From: the human T2T-CHM13v2.0 reference genome, Homo sapiens
Assembly: GCF_009914755.1 (NCBI RefSeq)
Contig: NC_060944.1
Length of the DNA: 64,000 bases
Direction: 5' to 3' (one strand)
The first letter of the stretch is position 1; each line of letters starts with the position of its first letter. The notes under the pieces are model-generated. The model was not told where the DNA came from. It did no database searches and saw nothing but the letters and a program-made list of their open reading frames with translations. The position numbers were made by a program, and so were the translations under genes. Shown here one piece after another: positions 25,691 to 39,295 of this stretch.

Positions 25691-28272
25691 AATGTAGGTT
25701 ACAGCCTGGAGAAAAGTTGTCGTCGTCCGGATACTGTCCACTCCACTCCTTGAAAGGACCCCAGAAAAAGACCTACTGCAAAAATAAAAACCTCCACCTT
25801 GATGGTATTAGTAGTTCTCAGAAGGGCAAAGTCAGGGGACCCTATGCATTGGTTTCAGGGCCTGAGCTCAGTGATTGTTAAGGCAAGTCTTGAAAAGTGA
25901 GGAATTGATTGGAACTGGCAGAGTCTGACAACAGAGTTTAGGATTAAAGGGCACAGCAAAGGGAGGGTCTTAAATGAGGTGTTGGTGAGAAGACTCTTGA
26001 GTTGAGCCTTACGTTCCAAGAAGAGGGACTCTGTGGAGCACTCTCCCAACTTCCTGCTCTGTTTGCTTCTTGGGAGGTTTGTTTCTGCTTGGTCCCAATA
26101 CTGCTTAACACGTGAACAGGAAGTCCTGTTGGTTTCTGCTCTCAGTATTAATCAGAAGGAAAGCTTAGAAGCAAGTTTGAATCCATGCAAACAGAAGTAT
26201 ATTCAGAAAGAGTAAATGAAAATCCATATGGTCAAGAGGAAAGAAAAAATCAAGCACTATGCAGTTGCCTCCACAATCAATGGGGAAGCAGAGTCTGAAA
26301 GTTTTCAGGTTTCTCTAAATTAGCTACTAATTTTTATTTTAACATAAAACTATTGCATGATTAATAATATAACCCAATCTATTAAGCACAGTTTAATAAA
26401 TCAACCTAATATTTTTGCAAGAAGTGAAACATATTAAGAATATGAATGTATTAGTGAAACAAATGATTTATTCTTAAAAAATGCAACATAACGATGCTAT
26501 ATCCAATTAGAAATTAAAATCAGGAACCTAATTAGAGACAATCATAAAAAATATATTGATTTTGTTAAACATGTAGAAGATGGTTGGCTAGGAAAGCACA
26601 TAACAAGTTGTTTAGATGAGCGCTTCACCAAGATACAAAGAGAGGTGTACTTGAGGAGGGATCATCACCAGCCACCTGTGCTCCATCTACAAAGATCTGG
26701 CTGTGACAGCATGGCTCAGGAGCTGATCAGAAAATTTTTCGTAGACGCTCTCTCCACTCCAAGCCACAAAGACAACTAACTAACCACTTCATTGAATCTA
26801 GATGCCAAAGCAAGCCATCTTGATTTAAATCCTTAATTTCCCTATTCATGAGGTAATAAAATAGAATTTTATTTCTGGGAAAATGTTTTAAATCATGAAA
26901 ATATTTAAACTGATCACAAAGCTAAGTGAAATATAATAAAACACAATGTCTGCAGGTATGTACCATTTTAACGTCTTTTTAGACCAAATTCTTCATAATA
27001 AGGTTCTTGTGGGGAGACCAGCGGCATGACCCCAGGACCCCACCCCAGTTGGCTGGGCTGGAGGCCCTGGGCTCGCCCCACAGGGTGGGGGCTGTGCCTG
27101 GTCCTGACCCTGGGCTCCAGACACAATTTCCTTTCTTTGACCCCCAGTCCCTCATTTTGCATTCCTTCACAGCAGTTTCTCCCTTTGCTTTGGATGTTCT
27201 TGGCTTCGTCTCTTCCCCACTGCTAGACTGCAAGCCCTTGCCAGGCAGAAGCTGTGCTTGAATCATCTTCTACTCTAGCATCTAAGACGACATGCTGAAG
27301 TTACCGAGTGTTTGCTGAGTGAACTGTGTCTCTTGACTGCCTGCTTATCTGAAGGCGAGCTGTTTCCCATAAACTCAGATCTCCCTTTTCCAGGACGGCT
27401 CAGGAGTGTCTGCTCATGAACAGCCCAGGCTCAGCCAGCCCTGGAAAAGTATGGTCTGCCTGCAGGTGAAGAAAGGAGAATATAATAGAAAAATGGCAGT
27501 TGTCCTCGGCCCATTGAAATTCAAAAGATTCCCCGGGGATTTATTTTCTAAATGGCTTCTTATTTCCCTAAGTGTTTTGTCCTTTTTCGTCTGATGTGTG
27601 GGCATCCAATAAGCAGGCACTGGTGCCATCAACTCCTGACGTTCCTTCCCTGGAAAAATCCTCTAATTATAAAGCATCACTTGCTGCATGAGCCAAAGGG
27701 AAGAGTAAATTATTTTATTTTTATTTTTATTTTTTTGTTTTTACCATTGACTCCAGAGACGAATGTCTTCTTGTCCCCTGGGGAGCCGAAGCCATCCGCG
27801 TTGACCTTTTGCAGAGGCGGGTGACAGATTCTTGTGCTCACCGCTCTGTGAACCCCACAGCCCATGAATTCGAGTGCCTGCCTCCCTTCTCCTCAGAAGC
27901 AGTCTGTGTGTCTTCCAGCTTCTACTGTCCTCTTTTCAGAATGTCAGGGACACTGTCTCCTACTGTTTGAGTCCCTCTGCCTGTTCCCATCCCCAGGGGA
28001 ACAGGAGAAGGTCCTCTTAAATCCCTGATTGGGATACAATTCTCCTAACAACATTCCCAATTGCCTTTAGGGCTACATTGTACACAGAAAAAGCGCAGAC
28101 AGCAGAGAGTGTTTAATGCATCGTGACAGTTAATGTATATTGAATGCAAATGTCACCTCCATACCAAGACATTCTATGCATGATGTCATGGAACCCCCCC
28201 ACAGCTGATCCATGATGAAGAGATGCTGTTGATGACTCCATTTCAGTTTCAGACTAAGTGACCTGCCCAGGG

Positions 28273-28276
<4 letters not shown>

Positions 28277-28337
<61 letters not shown>
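28277..28337. repeat. Compound microsatellite (TC)19(AC)11
   Basis: Direct read. Confidence 0.95.
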
Positions 28338-28338
<1 letters not shown>

Positions 28339-28602
28339 AGTCACACCCATGCACACTCTTGTTAATAAGTGTCAGAGCAGCCTTTTGGCCCCAAGCACTC
28401 TGACCCCTCAGCAGGATGTCCTGCTGTCTCAGAGCATCTTCCCTTTATGTGTCTTAGCTGTAGTCTCAGGAAGTTAGAACTGGCAGAGGCACTAGCTCAA
28501 GTGAGAAACCCCAGCACAGGGATGGGTGAACAACAAGCTCAGGCCACAGGGAGGAGATTATTCAGATAGCCTCTGAGACCTTGAGCAAGTCACAAGATCC
28601 AA

Positions 28603-29050
28603 GTGTCTTAGGCAGGTTCTCCCAGAATCAGACTTCCGATGAGAATCCACAGGCAAGTGACTGATGACGGGAGAGGCGCCAAGGGAGGTCAGGGAGGGAG
28701 CAGGAAAGGAGGGTGGGGAAGGGGAAAGTCAAGCCAGGCTCAATCTCAGGAACAATCTTGTAGGGAGATCTTCAGCCTGATCTTGAAGAGGCCTCTGGAG
28801 GGCAAGCAAGCCCTCCGAATTTGTCTTGCCTTGAAGCAAGGAAGCTGGACTTTCCCACTCCTGCCTGTCAGTCATGAGTTACTGACCACTAGGAAGGATA
28901 TGCGCCCACAGGCCCTTGCAGCTCTCTGAACAATGAGGCTAAGCAGCTCCCGTGGCCCAAGCCCCATGAAGAAAGAGCATGGGCTGCAGTTAGAAGAAAA
29001 GCATGCAGAAACTGCAGAGTGGGCACACAGATCAGACACAGGCATCACAG
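28603..29050 (-). mobile_element. ERVL LTR (LTR33-like)
   Basis: TGTCTTAGGCAGGTTCTCCCAGAATCAGAC...CAAGTGACT...GCAAGGAAGCTGGACTTT...TCAGTCAT. Confidence 0.55.
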
Positions 29051-32000
29051 GGCATCAGGGTGGAGACCACCAGGATCCAGGATACTCAGCCCCAGTCACT
29101 AGTACAATGCCCCACGTGGGGCCAGAGCTGTGTCTCTGTGACTGGAGCCCCATGACCTCATGAGAAGGTCTGGGGATCTGGGAGGTGAAATTGATTAAGG
29201 GGATTAGAAAGTAGGTTTTGAAAGAAAGTTGACACAATTAGAGTATTTCACCTCCAGAGAAGACTAAATAGTAAGCTAGTAACAGCCAGTAACCACACAG
29301 GTAAATAAAGACTTCTTACCAAAAAATCATGGCTGATTCAAAGACTGCAGGAGTAGAATAATTGACATACTGCACATACAGAAGGGTTCCTACTGCACAA
29401 AGGAAACCCCAGCCTGACAAGGAAGGGAAGCCCCAGAAGACTGTAAGGAAGGGTACATGGTCCACATGCCAGGCATCTGTCTTGCAGGATTACACAGGGT
29501 CCCCCCTGAAATAATTTGCTCTGAACAGATAAAGCATGACAGCCAGGAACATTTCCTGAGTGGCTCTTATGTGGGAGGGTTTGGAAACAGAAGTTCATAA
29601 AGTACATGAAAATGAGGATGAGACCAGGATGAGAAGATCTTCAACACCGCCCTTGACTCTATGTTGGGGGAGTTGAGGCAGGTCAACCCTTAGAAGCCTG
29701 AACCTAGCATCAGAATGCTGCAGGGAGGGCTCTCTCCAGCCCAGAAGCTCCATACTGACTCATAGGAGGTATGGAACCTCTTACAGAATCCATCCCTGAT
29801 GTGAACAATGGCAATGATACTGTCCCTGCCTCAGTGGGCTGTGATGAATGGGTGCAGACACACTCAGAGTTCTTGCTACAGAGCTGGGAAGAAAATAATG
29901 AAGTATCAACTAGAATGGCTCTCCACATGTGAAATATATGCCCCATCCTGGTGGAAAGGTGGCATTCACTGCAGCTTCAAGGGATTCAAAACACTCCTCT
30001 GCTCAAGCAGAATTTGAGTCAACACAGAACCATCAAGAGACATACAATGTGTCCCAAATATCCAGCTCATATTATTTCTGTTTCTTCCAGTTATTGACAC
30101 AGCACCTTCTAGCACACACGTACTCTGCAGAAACACAAACTTATTCATTCTCCCCTTGCCCTTCTGTGTTAGGTAAAATCTGGAAATTAGAATCCTCATT
30201 TTGCAAATACCAAATAACTGAGAAACAGATCAAGCTGCGACTCACTGAATCTGGAGCAAAAGCAGGTTCTATCTTCTGTCTCCTTCCTTGTGAGCTCGAG
30301 TTCCTGCTCCACTAGCCTAGATGTCAAGGTGCTTTATCCTTCTCCCTGCTCTGTTCTTTCTTTCTTTCCTTTTTGTAAAAAATGAATGAATCTTTCTTTG
30401 ATAGGAGTGACAAAGGAGCATACAGAAGAGGTATGGAAATTTCAGAAGGGATGGGGTTCCTTCCTGCAGAATCTGACACTGGATCCCTGATTTACACAAC
30501 CCTGGCACTGCCCCAGGAGCAGAGAAGGAAAAGTGCAAAGCAGGCTGTGCACATCCCCATCCATCTGATCGGCTCACCGGGTCCAAGCCTGGGAGATGCC
30601 TGCCAGGGAACTGTCATCTGTTCACTTTTACACACAGTCCACAGATGGAGCCCTCCAAGGTCAGTGGATGAGGGACAGGCTGTGACAGGAGGAAAACTGG
30701 GAGTCAGGGGGCCTGGATGCAGAGAGCATTTCTTCCAGTTTCCAAATGTGACTTTGGGTGCCTGGCTCTCAGTTCCAAAGGTTGTGGTGAGCCCTGAGTG
30801 CTGCCCCCTTCTCCTGCTTATACTTAGCAGGGTTCTATTCTCAACTGAGAGGGGGCTGTTCAAAGCAGGACAGTGAGGATCATGCTCCAGACTGTTGTTG
30901 AGAGACACTGAGGTCTGATACAGAAGAATGATGTCAAGTCCAAAGACCAAGGAAGGGGAAGAAGGGAGCTAGATAGCAGCTGGGGAAGTCAATGCCAAAG
31001 GAATTAGGGACAACATCAGGTTTCAGACTGTGGTTCAGAGTGAGCCCCCATCTGTGAGTGTGAGCTAGTGCCTCTCTGGAACACCAGCACCACCCCAGGA
31101 GCCTTACGGCTTCATCTGCAAAAGGGGTCATTGTACCTGTGGAGGAGGCGTCTCCTTAGGAGTAGAAGAGAATTTATGTGAAGGAGACTCTGGTCAGTGC
31201 TGAGCCCAGATCATGGGTGGCTCCGTGATGAACTCAGGTGGGTCCCAAACATCAGACATTCCCCTACCCATCCCACAGTCAGCCGAAGCCTCTTCTTCAC
31301 CATCAACAGCAAATGGGCACACACTGAAAACCTTGGCTGTGCCACATTTCTTACCTATGTTGATTCTTTTACTCTGCAATGATGCCGCACCTGGGGCCTG
31401 AGAGGGAAGGGACCCACCCAGGGTTGTTCCACCGTAGATGGTGCAGCCAAAGGGAGCTGCAGCCTGGCCATACCCTCACTCCTGGTCACCACGCTGCCAC
31501 CTTTCCACCATGCCAGTCCTGTCCTGATCTAGGAGGAAAGTGAAGGCTGCCAAGGGATCTCCAGCAGAGCCTTCTTTTACAATTATAGTAGAAATTGGAT
31601 CCTTCTTATTTCACTACTCTGGTTTTGTTAACAGGCTATTTATGTGGCACTAACTGCCCATGGGGGTCAAGTCCCCAATGGGCTAGAATAAAGGGAAGAT
31701 GTGATATCCTTTCTTCTTCAGCAAAAAAGGATTGCTGGTATTGCTCCTTTAAACTTCTAGCCCACTCACCTGGGAGGTTCAGCCTGCCCTGTCACCTTGG
31801 AGCACTCAGGCTGCTGGGCATGTCCTGACTTTTCCCTTTTCACGTTCCCTTTGACTCTGCAGGAGGGAAGCGGGTCCAGTTGATCTGGAGAGGCTGAAAG
31901 GAGAGAGAACTGAGGCAGAAGTAATCAGTGGAAATTCCAGAGGGAGACAAATCAGAACCCACTGTCTAAGCACAAAGGGCTGCTGGCTTAGTAAAGTGAG

Positions 32001-32349
32001 GCTAAGGTGGGGAGGTCAGTGAGCCAGGGAGCCTGCCCACCTGCAGAGTGGCTCTGCAGCTTTGTCCCTGTAGGAGGAGGCCCTGAACTCTGCACCCACC
32101 TTGGTGGGCTGCGCATTTTGTGCTGTGAGACCACTGCAGGTGCAGGCTCAAAGCCCTGCCCCTGCAACCCTCTCCACCAACGTGCCTCCTGAGGGGCAGG
32201 TAAGGCAGAGGTAGGCCTCAGGGTGCCACCCCCATGAAGTTGCGGGTGCCCTGCTTACTTCTCTGGGCTCTGCCTTTGCCTTGATAACTAGGGGACAGTT
32301 AGGTGGTTTGCAGGAAAAAGACATGTTGCTGTTGAAAATTCTGTTTTCA

Positions 32350-32490
32350 GGCTGGGCATGGTGGCTCACAATTATAATTCCAGCATTTTGAGAGGCTGAG
32401 GTAAGAGGATTGCTTGAGGCCAAGATTTTGAAATCAGCCTGGGCAACGTAGCAAGACTTCTCTACAAAAAAGTAAAAAATAAATAAAATT
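32350..32490 (+). mobile_element. FLAM/AluJ left monomer
   Basis: GGCTGGGCATGGTGGCTCAC...AGGATTGCTTGAGGCCAAG...CCTGGGCAAC...A-rich tail. Confidence 0.85.
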
Positions 32491-32511
32491 TTCAGTGCAG
32501 CAATTGGGTTC

Positions 32512-32638
32512 TTTTTTTTTTTGAGATGGGATCTTGCTATGTTGTCCAGGCTGGCCTTGAACTCCTGGGCTCAAGTGATTCTCCTGCTTTAGCTGCCTGA
32601 GTAGCTGGGACTACAAGTGTGTGCCATGGCATATGGCT
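32512..32638 (-). mobile_element. FLAM-type Alu monomer, inverted relative to its neighbour
   Basis: Poly-T then GAGATGGGATCTTGCTATGTTGTCCAGGCTGGCCTTGAACTCCTGGGCTCAAGTGAT...GTAGCTGGGACTACA. Confidence 0.85.
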
Positions 32639-32662
32639 AGCAGTTGTTATTTGTTTACACTA

Positions 32663-32975
32663 TGTTATGAACAGAATGTCTGTGTCTCCCCCCAAAATTT
32701 ATACATTGTAACCCTAAACCCCAATGTGATGGTATTCGGAGTTGGGGCCTGCGGGAGGTCCTTACGGCTGGAGGAGGTCACAAGAATGGGCGCCCATGAT
32801 GAGATCAGTGTGCTTGTAAGATGAGGAAGATACTGACCTCTTCTTGCTCCGCGTGAGGATGCAGTGATATGGCAGCCATCCTCCACCAGGAGGAGAGTCC
32901 TCGCCTGTCAGCATGCTGAGCATGGACTTCCCAGCCTCCAGAATTATGAGAAATAAATGTATACTGTTTTTTAAG
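32663..32975 (+). mobile_element. MaLR LTR (MLT1A/B-like), 3' truncated
   Basis: TGTTATGAACAGAATGTCTGTGTCTCCCCCCAAAATTTATA...CCCCAATGTGATGGTATT...GGACTTCCCAGCCTCCAGAATTATGAGAAATAAAT. Confidence 0.8.
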
Positions 32976-35900
32976 AATGTATTTTTCTACTTGTTTGCTT
33001 TTGGGGAGTCTAAACAGTTTCTTGACAGGACAAAGTACATTATTATTAGAGATAATGCAAGTTATTAATTACCAAATATATTTGTATAGAAAGAAAAAAG
33101 ACACAAAATATCTATGAATTGTAAGAAATAAGCACTGTTGCAGTACAAATATCCCAAAACATTCATGTGGTGCCATGTGCAGCTCTCCGAAGCTCTTCAG
33201 CTCTAACCTGGAACAGCCGTGCTCAGGGTGATGCTGCTGGGAGTCTGGAGATAGATGAAGACACTCCCCCCACACCCGCCTTCATACTCGCACATGCACC
33301 TGCACACTGGGACACACACTTGTGCAACACATGTAGTCCTTACACTGGAAAAGCCTCCAGTCCAGTAAGTGAAGCACAAAAGGTGAATAAATAACAAAGC
33401 TCCAGACAGGAGAGGGTGCAGCCCACAGAGAGGGGGGCAGGCCCGCTGTCATGTTCCCAGGAAGTGGGATGTAGTCAATGGATCTTCCTTCCAGGGTGGG
33501 CTAGCTTTGCAGCCAGGAAAGGGGGATAGGAAATGGGGATTCAAGGGGCCACCCTAACAGAGAGTCATGGCCCATGCCTTCAGGTGTTTGCATTGCAAAG
33601 AGTGTGAGAAACATCAGTGTGACTATTTCAAAGCAAGTGAAGAATCATCAAGGCTCATCACCATTCTCTGCAGTCTGGGGAAGATCACTCACAGCTTACC
33701 TATACCAATCCGATTCTATCACTCTATTCACAGGTTGCTTGCAGCCCAGGATGAAGCCCAATCTCCTAAAACCTGGTGTGAGGCCTTTAGTGATGAGACC
33801 ACTACCCATCTTTCTGGCCTCACCTTACGCATCCTACACTCTGGTGCTCCATGCTTCTTCAAACTCAAAAATCAGAAAGAGCAACACTGCCCCTAGGAGC
33901 ACCGCCTTCCCCCACCCCCAGGGTCACAAGCACCCACACACAGGCCACCCCTGCTCCTCAGGTCTCAGCAATCTTGATTACTCCCTGTCTTCATGGGGCC
34001 CCCTCCCTCTCTGCTCCCCCAGGAGCCCTTCCTCTCCCCTTTGGAGCAGTCATCACTCTGCATAATCACTGCTGTTTACTTGTCCTTTTGGGCAGGGCCA
34101 TACCTGCCAGGCTCACCTGCTCCTGTGCCCCCAACAGCTGCTCTGTATCTGTCCAGTAGCAGACACCAACAAACACTCGCCAAGCCAACTGACAAACACA
34201 GAGGCAAGGAAAGAATACATCTGGGGACTGGGCCTCCCAAAGTGTGACTCTACCACTGTGGATACAACAGCTTCTTCGTTATTGGTTAAATCACTTTGTT
34301 TTGCTATTTTTTTCGCCATGGCTGCGGGTGAGAAAAGCTTTATGTACATTTGACAAGGTCTATCTTAGCTGATGAGTCCTCTTTCAATCAATTCTGTATT
34401 TTCAGGTGGCTCTTGAACAGAAGGAACTCTTCTTTATGCTGCTGGCCAGGGCAAATGTGTCCTGTACCCCCAAATTGGATAGATTATGTGAGGCCATGCT
34501 TAATACATGCTATGGGAGGAGACCCTTGTGGGACCTGGGTGCCTGATAGCAAGCAAACTGCATTAAAGGAATGCCCCTAAGGACCAGCTGCCATGCCAGC
34601 TGTGCAGAAGCAAAATAAGGGTTCTTTGTGGGCCAGTGCTGATCTGCATGACAACTGCCCAGGGAACAGAAGCCAGCATGCTGCAGAGAGTTGCCTTTGG
34701 TTCAGGCACTCGCCTGAGTAAGTTCCTTTGTTTAAAGGCATTCTTTTCTTAAAATATGAATGATAAACAGAGAATCACAAAAATGAAATTGCTTACCTTT
34801 GTGTTTCCTTCCTCCAGTTTCACATGCTGCAGAATTACACAAGTGGTTATTTTTGCAAAAGAATTTTTTTCGCTCGCAGAAAAAAAGCAAATGCAGCAAG
34901 AAATATGTCTTCTTGAGCCAAAAAATGGGTTCTTAGGCCTTTTAGAAAGTGCCAGCAACCATGCTAATAATTAATGACGTTTAAATGCTTAGTTCTGCAC
35001 CAGCAATATTTTCAAGAATCCCAACCTCTTAGTTTTTCTTGATGCTAGAGCTACACTTGTACAGCAAAAAAAAAAAAATACAGTCTTCCTTTATCTTAGT
35101 AAAGAGGTGCATTGCACTGTTCGCTTGGTGCCTAGATTGAAGTCGATGTCTGTATCCATTTTTGGAAGCTCGAGTTTTTGAGCATATGCTACAAATTCTG
35201 GCCTCACAGGTCATCCTGTAGCAAAGTTTTGTAAAGCTAAGATTTTTCTTTCTCTTTTCTTTTTTTTCCCCTAATCTCTAATGGTCCTGAGAACAAGCAT
35301 GTTTTCCAGCTTTCAGCTGAACTACAATTTTCTTAAAGATACTGAAGATTATGATACCACATTCAGTCATAATAATAGGTATGTATTATGGGATAATTAA
35401 CTGAATCATAGAAATTATTAACTAGATAAAATTCAAAGAGAAGCCATCTGCTCAGGCAGGACAGGGGTGAGGCAGGTTTCTGGGGGACATGAGGACAGCC
35501 ACTTTGTTGACACAAGGAGGATGCAGGCTCTGGTGTGGACAGGCTGGGTCATTACCCATGATAGCCAGAAATGCCCAGGAGAATGTAAGGCCAAGTCTGT
35601 GTTCAGGTCAAGTGACAATCTAAGAACAAGAAGTGGAAGACTGAGGTCAGGAGAGAGCAGAACAACTGCAGGGCCAGCCATACAGGACAACAAAAGAAAG
35701 AGCCGCCACGTCCTTATGGGCATGTGGGGGGCTTGAACTTAGTGTTCTGTCTTACCTGATTTCTGGCTGTCCGTTGTGTGAATGGGCTGCTCACTGGTGA
35801 TGGTTTAGGATCTCTCCCAACTGGACGGCATAAACAAAACCTACCTGTGCGATTATCTGCTCTAAGCAGCCTTATGACCCAGGCTCAACACAGGCTCATA

Positions 35901-37669
35901 TTTAGAAAAAAGATAAACTGGACACCTAAAGTCTTGAATTGAAATCTAGATCTCTAATGTAGACTTGGGCAATGCAGGAATTCCACATTTTAAATGACAC
36001 AGCAAGATTTCCTAGGATCCTATTTTGACATCTCTCTTGTGCTAGAGGGAACCCGCCTCACACATTCAGGTACCACTCAGCAATGCGGGTGATGTCTCTT
36101 CCGCCCCTGGAGGACAGAGGCTGATGGAGGTGCATCTCCTCTTCATCCCCTGGCTGGGTGATTCTGAGAAACACACTCTTCCTTCCAAAGGGTTGGAGAG
36201 TGGCTGCTGCCTGCAGTAGTGACCAGCTCAGGGATTCTTCTGCCATCTGGCTCCCCTCCCGCCCTGCTGGCCACCCACTGGCCCCTCACTCCTTTTTCCT
36301 GGGATTATTTTCCAAATAAACGTCCTGACTGAGCTCTCCAGCCCTGGTTTTGGGAAGGGAGACACAGGCCAAATGTCACATTCTTTCTGGGTATTTTAGC
36401 ACCTCTGGTTTACTGAAGCGTGACAAATCTTATCCAATTTATCCAATTAAGGTTTGTGAAATTGTGAACTTGGCTGAGGGAAACTATTCCAACAAAGAAT
36501 GGGCATAAGAACACCAGATAATAGGTAGCAAAAGCTGCCATTTTGGCTTCCATGGGGTATTGGGCAAAGATGGGTCTTAGAAAGGTCTGCTGACAAGCAC
36601 AGCAGTGCACTGTGCCCACGGTGCCCACAGCTCCTCTCCTGCGTGCTCATGGTTTTCAGTGCCCTGGACTTGCCTTTCATGCTCAATGCCAGTATGCCCA
36701 CTTTCTAGATGGAGAAACTGACATTTCAAGAAGATGAGGAGCTTGTTGAATGTAAGCAGGTAAAGGTCGGATGTGAAGGATTAAACTCACCCGGCCTGCC
36801 TTTGAAGCTGGCATCCTCTCCACCATACCATGCTGCATTGCCAACCCTCCTAGATAGGCCTGGGTGGTTCTTCAGGAGCCCACATTTTCATATTCTCAGA
36901 AGAGAAACTAAAGCTGTCCAAGGACTGAGCACAATACTCAATACATTGTTGGTGTGAGCCATTGAGCAGCAAAGTCCATAGGAGCTAGGGGCAGCCAGAT
37001 GGAATCAGCCACTGATATCTGGGGCATCTGATCCAGACACAACAGTGTCTGCTACACTCAGCCTCTGCCCCCTTGAAACAAGAAGGTCCCCAGCTGAGGG
37101 AGAGACACAGTCATGGTCTTAGGTTCTGAGGGTCTTCACACCAGCATCGGCTTGGTGCCAAGGATCTAGACTTTGCCATTTCTCTCAACGTCTCAGAAAA
37201 AGCACCAGCAGCTCTTGTCTTGCCAACTGTCTTTAAGAACAGTGACCAGCCAGCTCCACTCAGGAAGGCACTGCCAGCACTCTGAGCCCGCCCTTGCCTC
37301 CTACAATGCCAGGCAGCACATAGAATAAGCTCATTTCAGAAGTGAGGAAATCCAGGCTCAGTTAATCAGGATAGAGTGTGAGAGACAGCAGCAGACACTT
37401 GCCTCCAACCCAGGCTTGGCTGGCTCTGAGGTGTGAGATTCTACCCTAGCAGGGAAGCATTCAGCTGATGCCTGACAGACACCCCCTATTAATGTTGGCT
37501 ACTTTGGATCCCACCCCACTTCTCACAAGTAATGTGAAGACAGGAGAGCCACTCAGTTCTCAAAATTCAGCTTCTTCATCTTCCTGCGATCATTCTGGCT
37601 GGCCCCACGGACCTTAAGATTCAATGAGGTTATATTTATAAAGAACTTATCTCATTTCTAGACATGGTC

Positions 37670-38154
37670 AATTGAAAAAAAAGGCCACAGATTCCTCCTG
37701 TCACTCACTGCAAGCCCATTTCCAATGTGACTTTATAGCCAAAGAGTACAGGATATCTCCCCAACTCCTGAATCTGGCCTGGGCCATTTGACCTGCTTTG
37801 GTCAATGAGATGATGTGACGTCACCCTGAAGAGCCATGCACATTGAGGTTTGCCTTCCCTTATTGCTGTCGGGCACCCTGAAGCCACCACTGGGTGAAGA
37901 ACTCTGAGCCAGCCTACAGGAAAAGGACAGACATGGCCCACAGCCAGTCTACTCCCAGAAATGTAAGGTCTTTGGCTGCCAGCTGACCGCAGATGCCTGA
38001 GTGAGCCCAGACAGCAGTGTGAGGCAGAGGCAATCCATCCCAGATGGCTCAGCCCAAATCATCAACCCACAGCATTGTGAGCAAATCAGTGATTATCATT
38101 TTAAGCCACTGAGTTTCAGAGTAGTTTGTTCAGCAGCAATAGATAACTGATACA
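37670..38154 (+). mobile_element. MaLR LTR (MLT1F/G/H-like)
   Basis: AATGTGACTTT...TGAATCTGGCCTGGGCC...GCTTTGGTCAATGAGATG...TTTTAAGCCACTGAGTTT...GCAGCAATAGATAACTGATACA. Confidence 0.78.
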
Positions 38155-38936
38155 ACCAGCACTATAGAAGTTGCTTAAAACATATTATCTTTCTCTCTTC
38201 CTTATTTCTTTTCAAAGAGCTGTAATGAATGCACGGGCAAGACTGCTGATGTTGGAACTGAGCAGACCCGGACATGCCCTTGACCCCTCTACTCAGCCTC
38301 GCTGTAACCATTTCCTCACCTGTGGAATCAGAGGGCTGGACTAGATGACTGCCAAGGTCCCAACCGACTCTAGCCTTCTGACCTTCTCTTGCATCTTTTC
38401 TCTTGTTTAAACTTTCATGTCAACATTGTCTCAGACATTTTTCTAGGTTTTGTATCACTTTCCATTCACTTTTGATAGAAATTCATGCTTTCTTTCCAGC
38501 CCCTCCTATCATGTCTAGATTGAGCATCTGAATGGATGTCTTTCTACACTTCTAAGTCAACAAGATTCAACTTTAGCAAGACACTGCCGCTTTTCAGTTC
38601 CTATATGTCATCCACTTAAGTCCCTTTAATAACAGATTTTGGGGGGGAAAGAAAAACCAGGTTAATTGCATAGCTTTAAAATTGCGTATGTGATTTGTTA
38701 CCTTTGGTATTGCAAGCAATGTTTGAGGCCGAGCATTTTACATGGGTAACCTGGAGATGCTTTCTAGAAGGGCACTGTTGACCCCCAGACAGTGCATAGC
38801 AGGGCTGTTTGTAACCCCACAGTCAAAAGCTTTTGAGTTCAAGACATAAAGAGGAATATTTCCCATTTGAAAAAGTACTGAATCTGTGTTTCCCCTCATC
38901 AAATCACCTACCTCTAGGCATGTAAAGTTGGCTGGA

Positions 38937-39213
38937 GCCGGGCTTGGTAGCTCACACCTGTAATCCCAGCACTTTGGGAGGCTGAGGCAAGAGGATCACT
39001 TGAGCAGTTTGAAACCAGCCTGGGTAACATGACAAAATCCATGTCTCCACAAATACAAAAATTTGCCAGGCTTGGTGGTGTGTCTGTAGTCCCAACTACT
39101 CAGGAGGCTGAGGTGAAAGGATCACTTGAGTCCAGGAAGTTGAGGCTGCAGTGAACCATGATTGTGCCAGTGCACTGCAGCCTGGGCCACAGGACAACAC
39201 TCTGTCTCAAAAA
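38937..39213 (+). mobile_element. AluJ
   Basis: Full dimer with J-type GGATCACTTGAG...GGAAGTTGAGGCTGCAGTGA. Confidence 0.9.
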
Positions 39214-39295
39214 ACACATTTACCTATGTAACAAAACTGCACATCCTGCACACGTACCCCTGAACTTAAAACAAAAGTTGAAAGTTAAAAAAAAA
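39214..39295 (+). mobile_element. Extreme 3' end of a primate L1 (L1PA/L1PB-type), ~80 bp
   Basis: ACACATTTACCTATGTAACAAAACTGCACATCCTGCACACGTACCCCTGAACTTAAAA plus A tail. Confidence 0.88.
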
